Positions 1 through 12,119 of a stretch of 64,000 bases of DNA are shown here, piece by piece. The translations under genes were made by a program, and so were the position numbers. The notes under the pieces are model-generated. The model had not been told where the DNA came from, searched no databases, and worked only from the letters and a program-made list of their open reading frames with translations. Positions within the stretch are counted from its first letter, which is position 1, and every line of letters starts with the position of its first letter. Where the stretch lies: positions 59,149 through 123,148 of the forward strand of contig QPMI01000242.1 in assembly GCA_004431415.1 (NCBI GenBank), in the 5' to 3' direction. The stretch comes from Cyanophora paradoxa CCMP329. Taxonomy: Eukaryota > Plantae > Glaucophyta.

Positions 1-208
1 CACCTCTCACGCCGCCGGCTCGCGACGTCGATGCCAAATCGGTATCTGACAAATCCGGCTAAAGCCCCACGAAGTAATTCCATCCCTGGCCATGGGGGCC
101 TCCCGCACCATCCAGCACCTCCCTTAAAGTCCAACCCCCCTCCAACCCTAAAACGTTGTACAGTGTACGTGTATACGTAAACGTACAGGGACAAACTGTG
201 CGTCATGG

Positions 209-444
209 CGTTGCTCTTTCTAAGCTACGGGCGCGCGGGACCACTCCTAGACCGTCAACGCTTTAACTTTACCCGTGCTGTTCGGGGTGAGAGCGTAACC
301 CGCAGGGACTGGTGCCCTGATGGAGAAAAGGGGATCGGAGCCTAGCTGGCTACGAGCCGAGCAGGCGCTTCGCGTCCACGCCGGTGCCGTAGCGGATGAA
401 GATGCTCCTGCGAGAGGTCTGTGCGATCAGTACGATTACGATTG
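209..444. repeat. Dispersed repeat A; segments recur at 4511-4591
   Basis: gttgctctttctaagctacgggcgcgcg(g/t)gaccactcctagacc and ctgtgcgatcagtacgattacgattg occur in both places in the same orientation. Confidence 0.8.
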
Positions 445-1730
445 TGTCCAGAGTGCGAACGAAGTGGAAAAAAAGTCCGCCTAGACACAGAGTTGTACTA
501 GTACTAGAACTCTGATGAAACGGCCCGGCCTGAACCGGACAGAGCTGCAGTTCAAGCTGCAGTGGTGAAGCTTGCATATGATGCGGCGGCAGCTCACAGC
601 GCTGCCATGCAGCAGAAATACATGAAATTTGTTCAAGATGCAGCGCAGCAAAAGCGCGAGGATGGTGAAGAAACCTTCTAGCGAAACTCGCCTTCGAAGA
701 CCTTCTCGAAGGTTTCGCTAGTCCCAAAGGCGAAAAGTCTGAATATCCAGTGAAAAAGCGGAATCCTGAGGAGCACGCGGTAGATCCAGCGCACAGGCGC
801 TCCAAGCAGCTGGACGAATGCCTCAAAATTACCGAGCTTTGCAATTGGATACAGAAACGCGGCACCTTCGGGTTCCGGTGGCGTGCAACATCAAACAAGC
901 CGAAGCTGCTACACACACTATCAGACTCGGGTTCGAATCTCTCTCTATTGCTTTGCTCTTTCTCTCTTTCGGAAGGCCACCGCAACCGGCGCGCCTCAGT
1001 CAGCCTGCGCTCGAATCTGTGCTGCACAAAGGGAGAGGGCTCGCAATTCCGAGCAGCAGCTGCGGAGGGCTCGCAATTCCCCGACTCGCTGAACGACAAC
1101 GCGATGTTCAACGACGCGCCGACGCCCCTCCTGCGGGCCGAGGAGCGGGAAGAGGAGGGTGAAACGGGGCACGTTCCGAGCTGTTATCAGAGTCCACACT
1201 ATCTCGGCTCAAAGTTAACTGTTGAACGCGACCAGCCGCAGGGGTGAACTTTCTTGCTCAACCTTTAGAGGTCCTTCCCCTCCAACAGGGGCAGTGCAAC
1301 TGCAGTGTCCCTGTTCCGTTCATTATATATAAAGTTGGACGAAAGTTGGACGAAAGTTGGACGAACGCACATGGCGTTGCCCTCGAATTATTATTATAAA
1401 CTTTAATGAGAGTAATGCGCCTCTCCGCAGACACTAGCTATATATAGCTACAATTCCCCGTCCAATTGCAACCTCAAATCGTAGTCCAGCGATCGTAATC
1501 GAATTAATTTAAACCAAGCGTTATCGATGATTGTGTCAAGAGAGAGCTCGAGTGGGCTACATTTGGAAAAACGCCAAGTCCGGGCCCGGGCTACAACTGG
1601 TGGCCATGCCATGATGGGCCGACTAGTTGTCACGGAATTTTCTCTCAAGGGAGCGGGCCTCAGCAGCTGCTATGCAGGCACGCTCCGTGGCAGCTTTTGC
1701 AGCATCGACCTCCTGCTTGATAACCTGGCC

Positions 1731-2250
1731 GAACGCGTAGCATTGGACACCGTCCAACCAAATCAAAATCAGAATCAAAAAATCACATACATCATAGAAC
1801 GCCTCGCGCGTCTCCGAGGGCCGATCGACCTCGTGCCCGTCCGGATTCTTGCTAATATTAATGCTGCCCTGCTCGCGATCGATCCATCATTCAAGGTTGT
1901 GAGCGCATAGACACGATATATTTGAGTACCGCTTCTTTCTCCAAAAAAGGCCGTAGGTTCCTTCGCGGTGAGGCGATCGAAGGGCCCGGCGTTCGGTACT
2001 CCAGGATCATGGAGAGCGCGTCGACGTCCTCGCCTCGCTCTGCGGACCCGGGCGTGAAAGCCGCTTCGACAGCTGTGACAGATTCATGATCAGTAACAAA
2101 AAGCTCAGTTCGCGGCGCGGCGCGAGCTACACCGCGCCAGCTGTGACGCTGCCAGGCGCAGCGTCAGTTGGCGAGGAGCTCGAGAGGGTGCTGGAATCCC
2201 CCCCTTCCGCCTGCGCAACGAGTGCGGAATTGAAACGAATGTAAGCGCGG
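1731..2250. repeat. Direct repeat B copy 1 (second copy 4693-5150)
   Basis: Near-identical ~450-500 bp from gaacgcgtagcattggacaccg to gaatgtaagcgcgg; copy 2 lacks ~70 bp. Confidence 0.9.
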
Positions 2251-2659
2251 ATTCCTATGTCTCCCAGGCGCGAGGAAAGCATCCGAGGGCGCCAGAATCC
2301 GGGGTGGAATTCGAAATGGGCGCGCCTCGAGCTCGGGCCTCGGGGCTCCGGCCTTCGCCATTGCCTGCTGCGCGGCGCGCGAGCTCGAGCGCTTAGCGCG
2401 TCGAGTGGGAGGCTCGCGCTCGCAGTTCGCGCACCGTTCGTCTGGGGCAGGATGGCGGCAGGAATAGGACCGCGCTCGCAGTTACGGGAATAGGGCACAC
2501 CGTTCGTCTGGGCGAGCAGGAAGGAGCTCGAACGACGCGGGGACAACGGAAAGGGGACCAGGGTTGCGACTCAGAGTACCCGCTCGTTTTTTTTCAGCGT
2601 CATCGAGATCCCCCCGGCCTGAGTCCCCGGTCCCCGTGTCGTTACTATTCGTCAGTTTG

Positions 2660-4443
2660 ATGGCATTCGTCGCGGCGCTGCCGACGGCGCTGCCGACGGC
2701 GCTGCCGGCGGGGCGGCCGCGGCCCGATAGCTTCGGCCAGCGGCGCGCCGATCGGCCGGCCTTGAGCGCGCGGCTCAACGTACGCGGCGGCACAAAGGCT
2801 CGCACGTTCGCCGCCGCATCGCCTGGGCCGCGGCTTCAACGTATGCAACTTTTGCGCCGCGCCTTGCTTCGCTGACGTTCGCACCTTTTTGCACGTCAGC
2901 AGACGCCGCGGTGTCTGCTGATGTGCGCACCTCGGGGCGAGACGTCGGGCCGAGCAATGGGTCCGCCGGATCCGGTAGCGGCGGCGGAGACGAAGGCCAC
3001 TTTCGCGGTGGCGGTGGCGGAGGTGGTGGCGGCGGACCCCGCGGCGACGGCTTGTCCGTGATTCAGCGCTCCGATGACGACGTGGAGAGAGAACTAGTGT
3101 TGCAAAGACGGAATGCGAATTTTCGAGCGGGGTTCTACAGTCTGGCAGGGTTGGTGGTGCGATCGATAGTAGTGGTGCGATCGCCGTTAACGTGGTACGT
3201 GCAGCTCGCAGGCGCCTCCGCACTCGTCGCCGAGATCGCAGCTCGCAACATCGCCGGCGGGGTCTACTTGCCCATGTCACCAGGCACGCCGACTATTCAC
3301 AGCCGCTGAGCCTTCGTTCGCGCTTTTTGCATTTGAGTGTTTTTGCGCAGGGGCTGCGGTGCTCGCAACGACTGCAGGGGCCGCGCTCTGGCAGACGTTG
3401 GCTATCGGCGGAACGGGCGGGCGAGCTGTTGCAAGGTCGATGGGTGGCCGTCTCCTTGAGCCCGGAAGGGTTTCGGGCCAGGAGGCTGCTTTGCTTCGGC
3501 TTGTAGATGAAGCAGCTGCTGCAGCTGCCTTACCAGCACCTCCTTGCTACCTGATTCCTTCACACGAACTCAACGCCTTTGCAGCGGGATTCAGCCCGCG
3601 ATCGGCTGCCATCGGAGTGACCCGCGGAGCCATCGAACGGTTTACAACCGCAGAGCTCAGAGCTGTGCTAGGCCACGAGGTCTGCAGTCGACGAGGGTGC
3701 TGGCTCAGCAGCTGCTGACTGCATCCCGTGCGAAGATTGCACACATAAGCAATGGAGATTCGAAATCGAGTACCGTCCTTGCTGCCGTATTGGCTGGATT
3801 CTACGGCGTATCTCGCCTCGGCATAAATCTGCTCACGCGACCAACACGGTACAACAGTGGCTACGCACCCAGGCAGAGGCGTGATGAGGACGAGGACTCG
3901 GACTACGACTTCAGCCGGCGAAATCGACGGAAACGAGCTCGCCGATTGGATCCGTTCACAGCAGTCGGGATTTCACTCGTTGCGGCAGGGGCGATCACAT
4001 GGGTTGCTGGCTCTGTCCTCCGCAATCGTCAGTCAGCTTCTTGGATACCTGTTAGCTGTTACTGACCAGATAGCAGTTGTCAGTCGAGACCGGGAGTACC
4101 TGGCGGACTCATGTGGAGCAAGGTATTCTGGGCGACCGCAGGACCTTGCATCCGCCCTTGAACGCATCGAAGCTGAGGGCAAGCGGGGCTACAAGACACG
4201 AGATTTGCCTCGACTTGGTGTGTGCTGTGCTTTGGTTGCCCTCCTCCTGGCTTATTATCTCCAGCCTCGCCATACAGTCACCTCTACTTCGCAGCCTCGC
4301 CTTCGACGCTCTTCGAGGTGCAAATCGCTCTGCCGGTGTTTCCTGCCACAGAGCTTATGGTGTGCATGCGCATGCAGTTTATCTTCGCCACCCACCCTCC
4401 TATCCGCAAACGAATCGAGCGCCTGCGGGCCATGCACGTTTGA
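2660..4443 (+). CDS. htpX: Spliced gene: HtpX/peptidase M48-type Zn metalloprotease with putative plastid transit peptide
   Basis: Motifs across exons: LNAFAAG, VTRGAIERFTTAELRAVLGHE|IAH (HExxH split by an intron at ~3680-3735), SRDREYLAD, THPPIRKRIERL. Hydrophobic TM segments are present. The N-terminus is MAFVAALP followed by an Ala/Arg/Pro/Ser-rich leader. Confidence 0.85.
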
Positions 4444-4692
4444 CTAGCTGTGCTCATTAATACGCAAGGGCGAATCGATATTATAGTACTGTAGCTCGCA
4501 GCTGCAGTATCGTTGCTCTTTCTAAGCTACGGGCGCGCGTGACCACTCCTAGACCTAGACCACTCCTGTGCGATCAGTACGATTACGATTGCGATCGCCG
4601 CGCCCATTATAATTACGATTACGATGGGCTATAGGTGGGAGGAGCCCTGGCATTGGACACCGTCGGGGGGAGCCCTGGCATATATTACGATG

Positions 4693-5150
4693 GGAACGCG
4701 TAGCATTGGACACCGCCGACGTCCAACCAAATCAAAATCAGAATCAAAAAATCATATACATCATAGAACGCCTCGCGCGTCTCCGAGGGCCGATCGACCT
4801 CGTGCCCGTCCGGATTCTTGCTAATATTAATGCTGCCCTGCTCGCGATCGATCCATCATTCAAGGTTGTGAACGCATAGACCAGATATTTTTAAGTACCG
4901 CCTCTTTCTCCAAAAAAGGCCGTAGGTTCCTTCGCGGTGAGGCGATCGAAGGGCCCGGCGTTCGGTACGCCAGGATCATGGAGAGCGCGTCGACGTCCTC
5001 GCCTCGCTCTGCGGACCCGGGCGTGAAAGCCGCTTCGACAGCTGTGAAAGATTCATGATCAGTAACAAAAAGCTCAGTTCGAGAGGGTGCTGGAATCCCC
5101 CCCTTCCGCCTGCGCAACGAGTGCGGAATTGAAACGAAATGTAAGCGCGG
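4693..5150. repeat. Direct repeat B copy 2
   Basis: Matches 1731-2250. Confidence 0.9.
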
Positions 5151-6654
5151 GGGGTACATGGACAGATCTCGACCCAAAAACGACCGACGCACACCTTCCC
5201 GTTGGCCGTTGGCCCGAGCTGTATCTCGTCGTAGCTAAGGACGCCCCAGCCTTCTCTGCCTCTTCTCCGCGGCTGCTCACTGTCCAGCTTCTCACATGGC
5301 CGGCGCCACCTCCAGCGGATCTCTGCCGGCTTCAACAGTCGTTTTCGGGTCCGCGTTCAACCACATGCACAGGCTCTAGCGCTTTCAGACCTTTCTGACA
5401 CCGCCTCAGCGGCTACACGTTCGGAAGGATTGCGCCTGCCGTCTCTCGGGGTCACTCAGGCCAGGCGATCTGGACGCCTCAAGGGTGCGAGCGCCAGCTG
5501 CCCTTAAAGCCGGCCTTGACCCGTTGTAGCCAGTGCCGCCTCCAGCTCAGCGGCCTGGCTAGCGCTCGCCAGAGTGCGCAAAACACGCCTAAACACTCAA
5601 AACACGCCTCCGTTAGCTGCTTGTTTCCTTTCTTCTTGCTCTAACTCGTCCTCTACTTACGCGCAGCTACTCTGGGTTCGTCCCGCTGAGCGAATCAAAC
5701 AACGTGCTTGAATATGCCAAGGTCGGGCCGGCTGAGCGGGCCAGCGAGCAGTCGCCGGATTCATCGCAGGTACGCGGCTGCTGGCTGCGAATCTCTTACA
5801 TCAAGCGTGCTTTTGCCAGACATATACACCACTCGCAGTATTCCGACAAGAGATATCACGCCCCTCCCCACATGACAGTCTATCAGCAAGAATACACGCT
5901 TCGACCGAACGACTTCCGCCAAGCCTTGCACGTGAATTCGAAGCCTGGCGGTTCCTCGTGCGTCGATCGCCCCATTGACAATTATCCCATGAGTCTTCTT
6001 CTCTTAAATTCCTCCGTGGAGCAGGTTGAGCCTGGCAAAGTCCGCCGCTTTCCCCGAGGGCGGGGCAGGATCAGAACAGCCCAAGCAGACCCAGAGCTTC
6101 GTGCAGAAAGTCCTAAGGAGGACATCGCCCGGTAGTCCATTCTACCGTGGCGGCTTCCTGGAGAAGCAACAGTGAGCTCGAGAGCTCCGGTCCTCGTTCC
6201 CCACCCTTCTCCACCATACAACGTCCTCCGCCATCGCTCCCCTCCATGCCGTCGATCCGCTCACCTGGGCTTCCACCTTCAACTCGCTTTCCACCCTGTC
6301 CCATCTTCACTTACAATAGCTTCAGTGAATGCGTGCACATGCATTATAAGAGCGTATATTATAAAGGCGAGCCTTAGGCCCTAAGCCTGACTTCTGCAGC
6401 CCAGTTGCTCGAGCTCATGCATGGCATTGCATGCCGGCAGAGGGGTACACGTTCGGGGCGGCCAGCTGCAGCCTGCAGAGCGCCGGCCCATGGTCCGCGC
6501 GCCGAGGCCGGGCGTCCGCGCGCATACGCATGCGCTACAGCTAGCTCCTCTACAGCTTTCATGCTGTAGAGGCCTGGGCGGAAGCCCGGGGTTCTGGACG
6601 AGGGGGCCGACGTAAAACCGGTACCCCGGTACCGGAGCACACACACACACACAC

Positions 6655-6880
6655 TCGGACTGCACTCCGCACCGCACTCCGCCCCAGAGAACAGGAGCGT
6701 CAAGCCTTGAAGCTTGTCAAGGTGAGGGGGGGTATCAAGCCCCGTCCCTATTTTCCAGCGTTTCAGCGCGCGGCGGTTGCGTTTCAGCGCGCGGCGGTTG
6801 CGTTTCAGCGCGCGGCGGTTGCGTTTCAGCGCGCGGCGGTTGCGTTTCAGCGCGTTTAAAAGCGTGCGCAAGGAGTGCGA
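6655..6880. repeat. Dispersed repeat C containing a 21-bp tandem array (gcgtttcagcgcgcggcggtt x~4.5, 6758-6853); inverted copy at 57170-57387
   Basis: Its reverse complement aligns to 57170-57387 apart from short insertions. Confidence 0.9.
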
Positions 6881-7900
6881 TTACTAGTTACGATTAGGGC
6901 GTCCTTCATCTAGATCTGCGATTACGATCGTAATTAGGGCGTCTTGGCTTTGAGCTACGATCGTAATTACAGAGTACTAGTCGCTCGCGCCTGTGGTCTG
7001 AAGGCGCCCCCGCGCTCTTCGCCTTCCTCCCGCCGCCCTTTTACGCCGGCGGCTGTGATGGAGCTCGAGGTCAGCTTTCGCCGCACTCCGGATCCCATCC
7101 CCTCCCTCCATCTGACTGCACGGTCGTGCACGGTCGCCCCAGGCCGTTCTGGAGCCTGAAGCAGGCGACGGTTTGGAGCTGGAGGAGGGAGGCGGCGACT
7201 CTACTGTCGCTGGCGATATCAATGAGGTGAGCGCCCCCGAGGACCCGCCGATTGCACGTGCGCTCGCACGCTTCTCACGCATCGGGAGTGGTAGCAGCAA
7301 AGTGGTATTCCCTTGCAAAGTGGTAGCATCGGGAGGTTTTTCAAAGTGAGACTGCGCAGTGGCCGCATTGTGGGGGTGCCGGGTGACCTGGATATTGAGG
7401 AAGATATTGAAATAGTAATTGACGAAATCGCCAACATGGGCGACGACTTTGTGCAAATGATGAACAGAAGGAAGTTTATTGGCATGCTCAAAAAAGAAGT
7501 TGAAAACTACAAATTCACTGGTGACTTTTTTGGTGCTGACAATCTTGTTAGTGTAGATGAGCAGGCGAGCTCCAGTGCGCTTGCACTGGAGCATTCAGCC
7601 GCGCGCGATGCAGCTCCCCGCGAACTCGAGGCCGCTGTTGTGGACCCCGCCGTCCGCGCCGGTCATGTCGCCTCCACACGCCCGTCATGTCGCCGCCACA
7701 CCTCTTCGTTCCGTACCAATCGTACCGCTCGCGCCGTCCCTCGGGCAAGCATCGGTGACCGGCGCCGGCATCCCCCTGCTGGGGCAGCAGAGCGACTTGA
7801 TGCGTTCACTCGGAGATCGTAATCGCAGATCAAGGGCGCCCTGGCTAACTTAGTAATCGTAATCGCAGATCAAAAGCTAAGATCTAGACGTCCTAGTTAC
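6879..7900. mobile_element. Possible degenerate TIR element: inverted arrays of taatcgtaatcgcagatc...gacgccc flanking a short ORF/gene fragment
   Basis: 6879-6975 is the reverse complement of the motif set at 7815-7900. The same motif recurs at 61944-61990. No TSD identified. Confidence 0.4.
7038..7800 (+). CDS. Unknown protein or gene fragment (acidic core ...GDLDIEEDIEIVIDEIANMGDDFVQMMNRRKFIGMLKKEVENY...)
   Basis: Lower-GC, protein-like ORF at 7313-7600 with intron-like flanks. No family recognised. Confidence 0.35.
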
Positions 7901-8099
7901 GTCATGCTGACTTCGGCGTGCGTCAATCTGCGATTGCGGCCCTAGTCGACGCGCTAAGTGCTGGATCCTCTGAGCTGAAGCGTACCGCAGATAATCGACG
8001 TTGAAGACACCGCCACATATATCAAGCAAATAACAATTTCTGCTGCCAAGGGGAAGTTCATAGTCTCGGTCACCGCCCTACGTCAGAGTGCGTTCAGCA

Positions 8100-9100
8100 T
8101 TCTGTTGGGCGGAACTACGCTCGTGCCACTTCATGTGAGTGCCAGCGTCGAGCTCTCGCTTGGCGACGACGTCGACCGGGTACCCACAACCCTCCTTCCA
8201 GGGCGAGGAGGCGCGGCAGGCGTGCGTCGATCGCGAGCTGCCCCTGGTGCCCCGAACTCCGATCAGGCTCCAGGCGCGCCGTCCCTCCGCGCGCGAGCGC
8301 CGCGGCGCTCACCGTGGCGGCGATCTTGCAGGTCTCGTTCAGGAGCGCGGGGCAGATGGGTGTCTTCCGACAGGCGGTGTCGATCGCGCTGCGCCCAGCG
8401 AAGGCGGGGGCGCGGGCGGGCGTGCTGCTGGCGGCGACCAAGAAGTGCTTCGCGGCGGTCTCGCGCCTCGCCGACGAGCGGCGCCTGAGCCCCGAGGCCG
8501 CCCCCTTCTACCCGCTCCACCTGCGCCGGCTCTTCGACGCCGCCCCCGCCCTGCTCGACGCCGCCCCGCGCCCGCCCATGCCCTCCTACACCGCCCGCGA
8601 GGCCTTCCCATCCCTCTACCCCGTGCGCCTGCCGACCCTGGGGCCGCGGCGGCGGCGTTGAGGGCGCGGCAGGTCCCGGAACCGCTCCTCGCTCCAGCGG
8701 CCGAGCTCGAGGTCCGACACACCCCCCCCCCCCCCCCCCCCCCCCTCTTCGCACAGGGGCTTGTCCATCCTGGCAACTCACCGTCCCCCAGAAGTGGCTC
8801 CCACAGCGGCTGTCGCCGCTGGCGGCCGAAGCGGGGCCCATCGCCTACACTGAGCGCATGCACGCCGTCCTGTGGGTGCGCCCGCCGCCGCCGCCCCGGC
8901 GCGCTCGGGGGGCGAGGCGGCGGCAGGTCGAGGAGGTGCAAATGCTCCACGACATCAAAGCGTACGACCTCTTCCACGCGCCGCTCCCGCCTGCGCGCGG
9001 GGACGCCCGCCTCCCTGCGGCGCCTGCGCGTGCCGGGCCTCCCCGAGAAGCGGCCAGACCTGCAGTGTACGCGCCCCGCCGGGGCCCGGCGGCCGGCGTG
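8100..9100 (+). CDS. Spliced gene of unknown function
   Basis: Protein-like exons (VSFRSAGQMGVFRQAVSIAL..., QVEEVQMLHDIKAYDLFH) separated by GC-rich introns ending in GCAG. Ends uncertain. Confidence 0.5.
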
Positions 9101-9589
9101 ACGAGGCGCAGACGGGGACCTGCTGCGGGTGCGGGTGGCGGGCGAGGAGGCCGTCGAATATCACTTCTACGTGCAGGCCGTCCTCGTGCGCCCCTCCACA
9201 GCGAGAATCATTTCGGGTACGATTTCGGCGAATGCCGAAATGAGCTATCCCCCGCCGAAATCAGCTCCAGATAGCAGGCGCCGTCGGACATAGAAGCGGA
9301 GGCGTAGGAGGCGAGGCGTAGCGACAGCTATGTTCTGGAAGCAGTTTCAACGGTGTCTGTGCCCTCGCGCACCGGCACCAGTGGCGCGAGTACGATCGCC
9401 CAACAACGTGTCGCTCCGCGCAAGCTAGCCCGTCAGAAGACATGCAAAAGCTTCGGAGAAGTGCTTTCGTCCTAGCCTAGCCGCGCGCGCTCGTGATACT
9501 ACGGTAGTTGCTCACTGGAGCCGATGGCCTACAGCTGCAGCTGTATAGCGCGTTATCTAGGCACATCATGCCCCGCTCGCCCCGCCCTG

Positions 9590-10725
9590 CCGCTGCGCGC
9601 CCCGCCTCGCGCGCGCCGACGGGGCTAAGGCCAGGTTCGCGCCGCCCTCGCCGCCTTCCCGCCCGCCGCGAGCTGCGCTGACGCCCGCGCACAGGCCGGA
9701 TCGCGCCCCGCGCCGGCCCCTGCCCGCCCCGCCCCGCCGCGGCGCGCCCCGCCTCGCCGACGGGGCTAAGGCCAGGTTCGCGCCGCCCTCGCCGCCTTCC
9801 CGCCCGCCGCGAGCTGCGCTGACGCCCGCGCACAGGCCGGATCGCGCCCCGCGCCGGCCCTGCCCGCCCGCCCGCCGCGGCGCGCCCCGCCTCGCCGACG
9901 GGGCTGAGGCCAGGTCCGCGCCGCCCCCGCCGCCTCCCCGCCCGCCGCGAGCCGTGCTGACGCCCGCGCACAGGCCGGATCGCGCCCCGCGCCGGCCCCT
10001 GCCCGCCCCGCCCCGCCGCGGCGCGCCCCGCCTCGCCGACGGGGCTGAGGCCAGGTCCGCGCCGCCCCACCGCCTCCCGCCCGCCGCGAGCCGTGCTGAC
10101 GCCCGCGCACAGGCCGGATCGCGCCCGCGCCGGCCCCTGCCGCCCCGCCCCGCCGCGGCGCGCCCCGCCTCGCCGACGGGGCTGAGGCCAGGTCCGCACC
10201 GCCCCCGCCGCCTCCCGCCCGCCGCGAGCCGCGCTGACGCCCGCGCACAGGACGGATCGCGCCCCGCGCCGGCCCCTGCCGCCCCGCCCGCCGCGGCGCG
10301 CCCCACCTCGCCGACGGGGCTGAGGCCAGGTCCGCGCCGCCCCACCGCCTCCCGCCCGCCGCGAGCCGTGCTGACGCCCGCGCACAGGCCGGATCGCGCC
10401 CGCGCCGGCCCCTGCCCGCCCGCCCCGCCGCGGCGCGCCCCGCCTCGCCGACGGGGCTGAGGCCAGGTCCGCGCCGCCCCGCCGCCTCCCCGCCGCCGCG
10501 AGCCGCGCTGACGCCCGCGCACAGGACGGATCGCGCCCCGCGCCGGCCCCTGCCCGCCCCGCCCCGCCGCGGCGCGCCCCACCTCGCCGACGGGGCTGAG
10601 GCCAGGTCCGCGCCGCCCCCGCCGCCTCCCCGCCCGCCGCGAGCCGTGCTGACGCCCGCGCACAGGCCGGATCGCGCCCCGCGCCGGCCCCTGCCCGCCC
10701 CGCCCCGCCGCGGCGCGCCCCGCCT
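9590..10725. repeat. GC-rich satellite A, ~139-bp unit x8
   Basis: Marker gccgacggggct(a/g)aggccagg at 9615, 9756, 9894, 10035, 10172, 10310, 10447, 10586. Confidence 0.95.
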
Positions 10726-10919
10726 TGCATCCCTGTCCTTCTTGAAAACCACACTCGAGCACATACACTACAGAAATACATGTACAGAAAATACAGAAGA
10801 GCGAGAGCGAAAAATCGCGACGAGCGACTCGGCGAGGCCGGCGATAAAATTTTGGGAGAGAATTGGAACTCGGGGCCGGGCCAAAGCGTTTGCCGATTTT
10901 GACATTTTCCCGGTCCCCC

Positions 10920-11839
10920 GAAACACCATCTATTACATTGGGATTCAGTTTCTATAAGGTGAGCCGGGGCCGCCGGGCGCGACACAGAAGAATCGCCTCG
11001 AGGGAGTGAGGGGGGCACCTGAGAATGATGGGCCCGCGGAACCACGCCCGTCCTCCCCAGGGCGGGCCCCGCGCCTGCATCCGAGCCCTGCGAAACACCA
11101 TCTATTACATTGGGATTCAGTTTCTATAAGGTGAGCCGGGGCCGCCGGGCGCGACACAGAAGAATCGCCTCGAGGGAGTGAGGGGGGCACCTGAGAATGA
11201 TGGGCCCGCGGAACCACGCCCGTCCTCCCCAGGGCGGGCCCCGCGCCTGGATCCGAGCCCTGAGAAACACCATCTATTACATTGGGATTCAGTTTCTATA
11301 AGGTGAGCCGGGGCCGCCGGGCCCCCGGGGCGCGACACAGAAGAATCGCCTCGATCGCGAGGGAGTGATCATGAGGGGGGCACCTGAGAATGATGGGCCC
11401 GCGGAACCACGCCCGTCCTCCCCAGGGCGGGCCCCGCGCCTGGATCCGAGCCCTGAGAAACACCATCTATTACATTGGGATTCAGTTTCTATAAGGTGAG
11501 CCGGGGCCGCCGGGCGCGACACAGAAGAATCGCCTCGAGGGAGTGAGGGGGGCACCTGAGAATGATGGGCCCGCGGAACCACGCCCGTCCTCCCCAGGGC
11601 GGGCCCCGCGCCTGCATCCGAGCCCTGCGAAACACCATCTATTACATTGGGATTCAGTTTCTATAAGGTGAGCCGGGGCCGCCGGGCGCGACACAGAAGA
11701 ATCGCCTCGAGGGAGTGAGGGGGGCACCTGAGAATGATGGGCCCGCGGAACCACGCCCGTCCTCCCCAGGGCGGGCCCCGCGCCTGGATCCGAGCCCTGA
11801 GAAACACCATCTATTACATTGGGATTCAGTTTCTATAAG
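10920..11839. repeat. Tandem array: 172-bp unit x5 plus a 39-bp partial unit
   Basis: Units start at 10920, 11092, 11264, 11457, 11629, 11801. The third unit is 193 bp because of three short insertions. Confidence 0.95.
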
Positions 11840-12119
11840 CGGGAAGTTGCTGGGAGTACTACGTCTTTGAGCAGCCGGGCAAGCTCGAGCCGCAGGCTTC
11901 CCCCCCGTGCCACGGTGCGCGCGGGCCCCGCCCATTACGCTTGAGTGAAAAACCGGTGCTAGTGCGGGTTTACCTTCCGTCTGAGGCATGAGCAAGGCCC
12001 CGCAGCTGCCCCGCCCCGCCCCACCCCGCCCCGCGGCTGCCACTAGCAGATAGCTAGCTGATATTATAAATAAGTACGTAGACCTGCAGTCAAGCGGCAG
12101 GCGCAGCAGCCAGGCGGGG

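Noticed and set aside
255-345. Structured ncRNA or SINE (two short hairpins)
   Set aside because: No tRNA cloverleaf, Pol III boxes or ribozyme core could be identified by eye.
10920-11091. Spliced-leader RNA gene array (39-nt block ending ...cagtttctataag|gtgag)
   Set aside because: The resemblance to an SL exon and donor is superficial. No Sm-binding site is visible and the last copy lacks the GT. Finding the 39-mer on mRNA 5' ends would reopen it.
10920-11839. CRISPR-like array (39-bp AT-rich block x6)
   Set aside because: The intervening 133-bp segments are copies of each other rather than unique spacers, there are no cas genes, and the context is eukaryotic.
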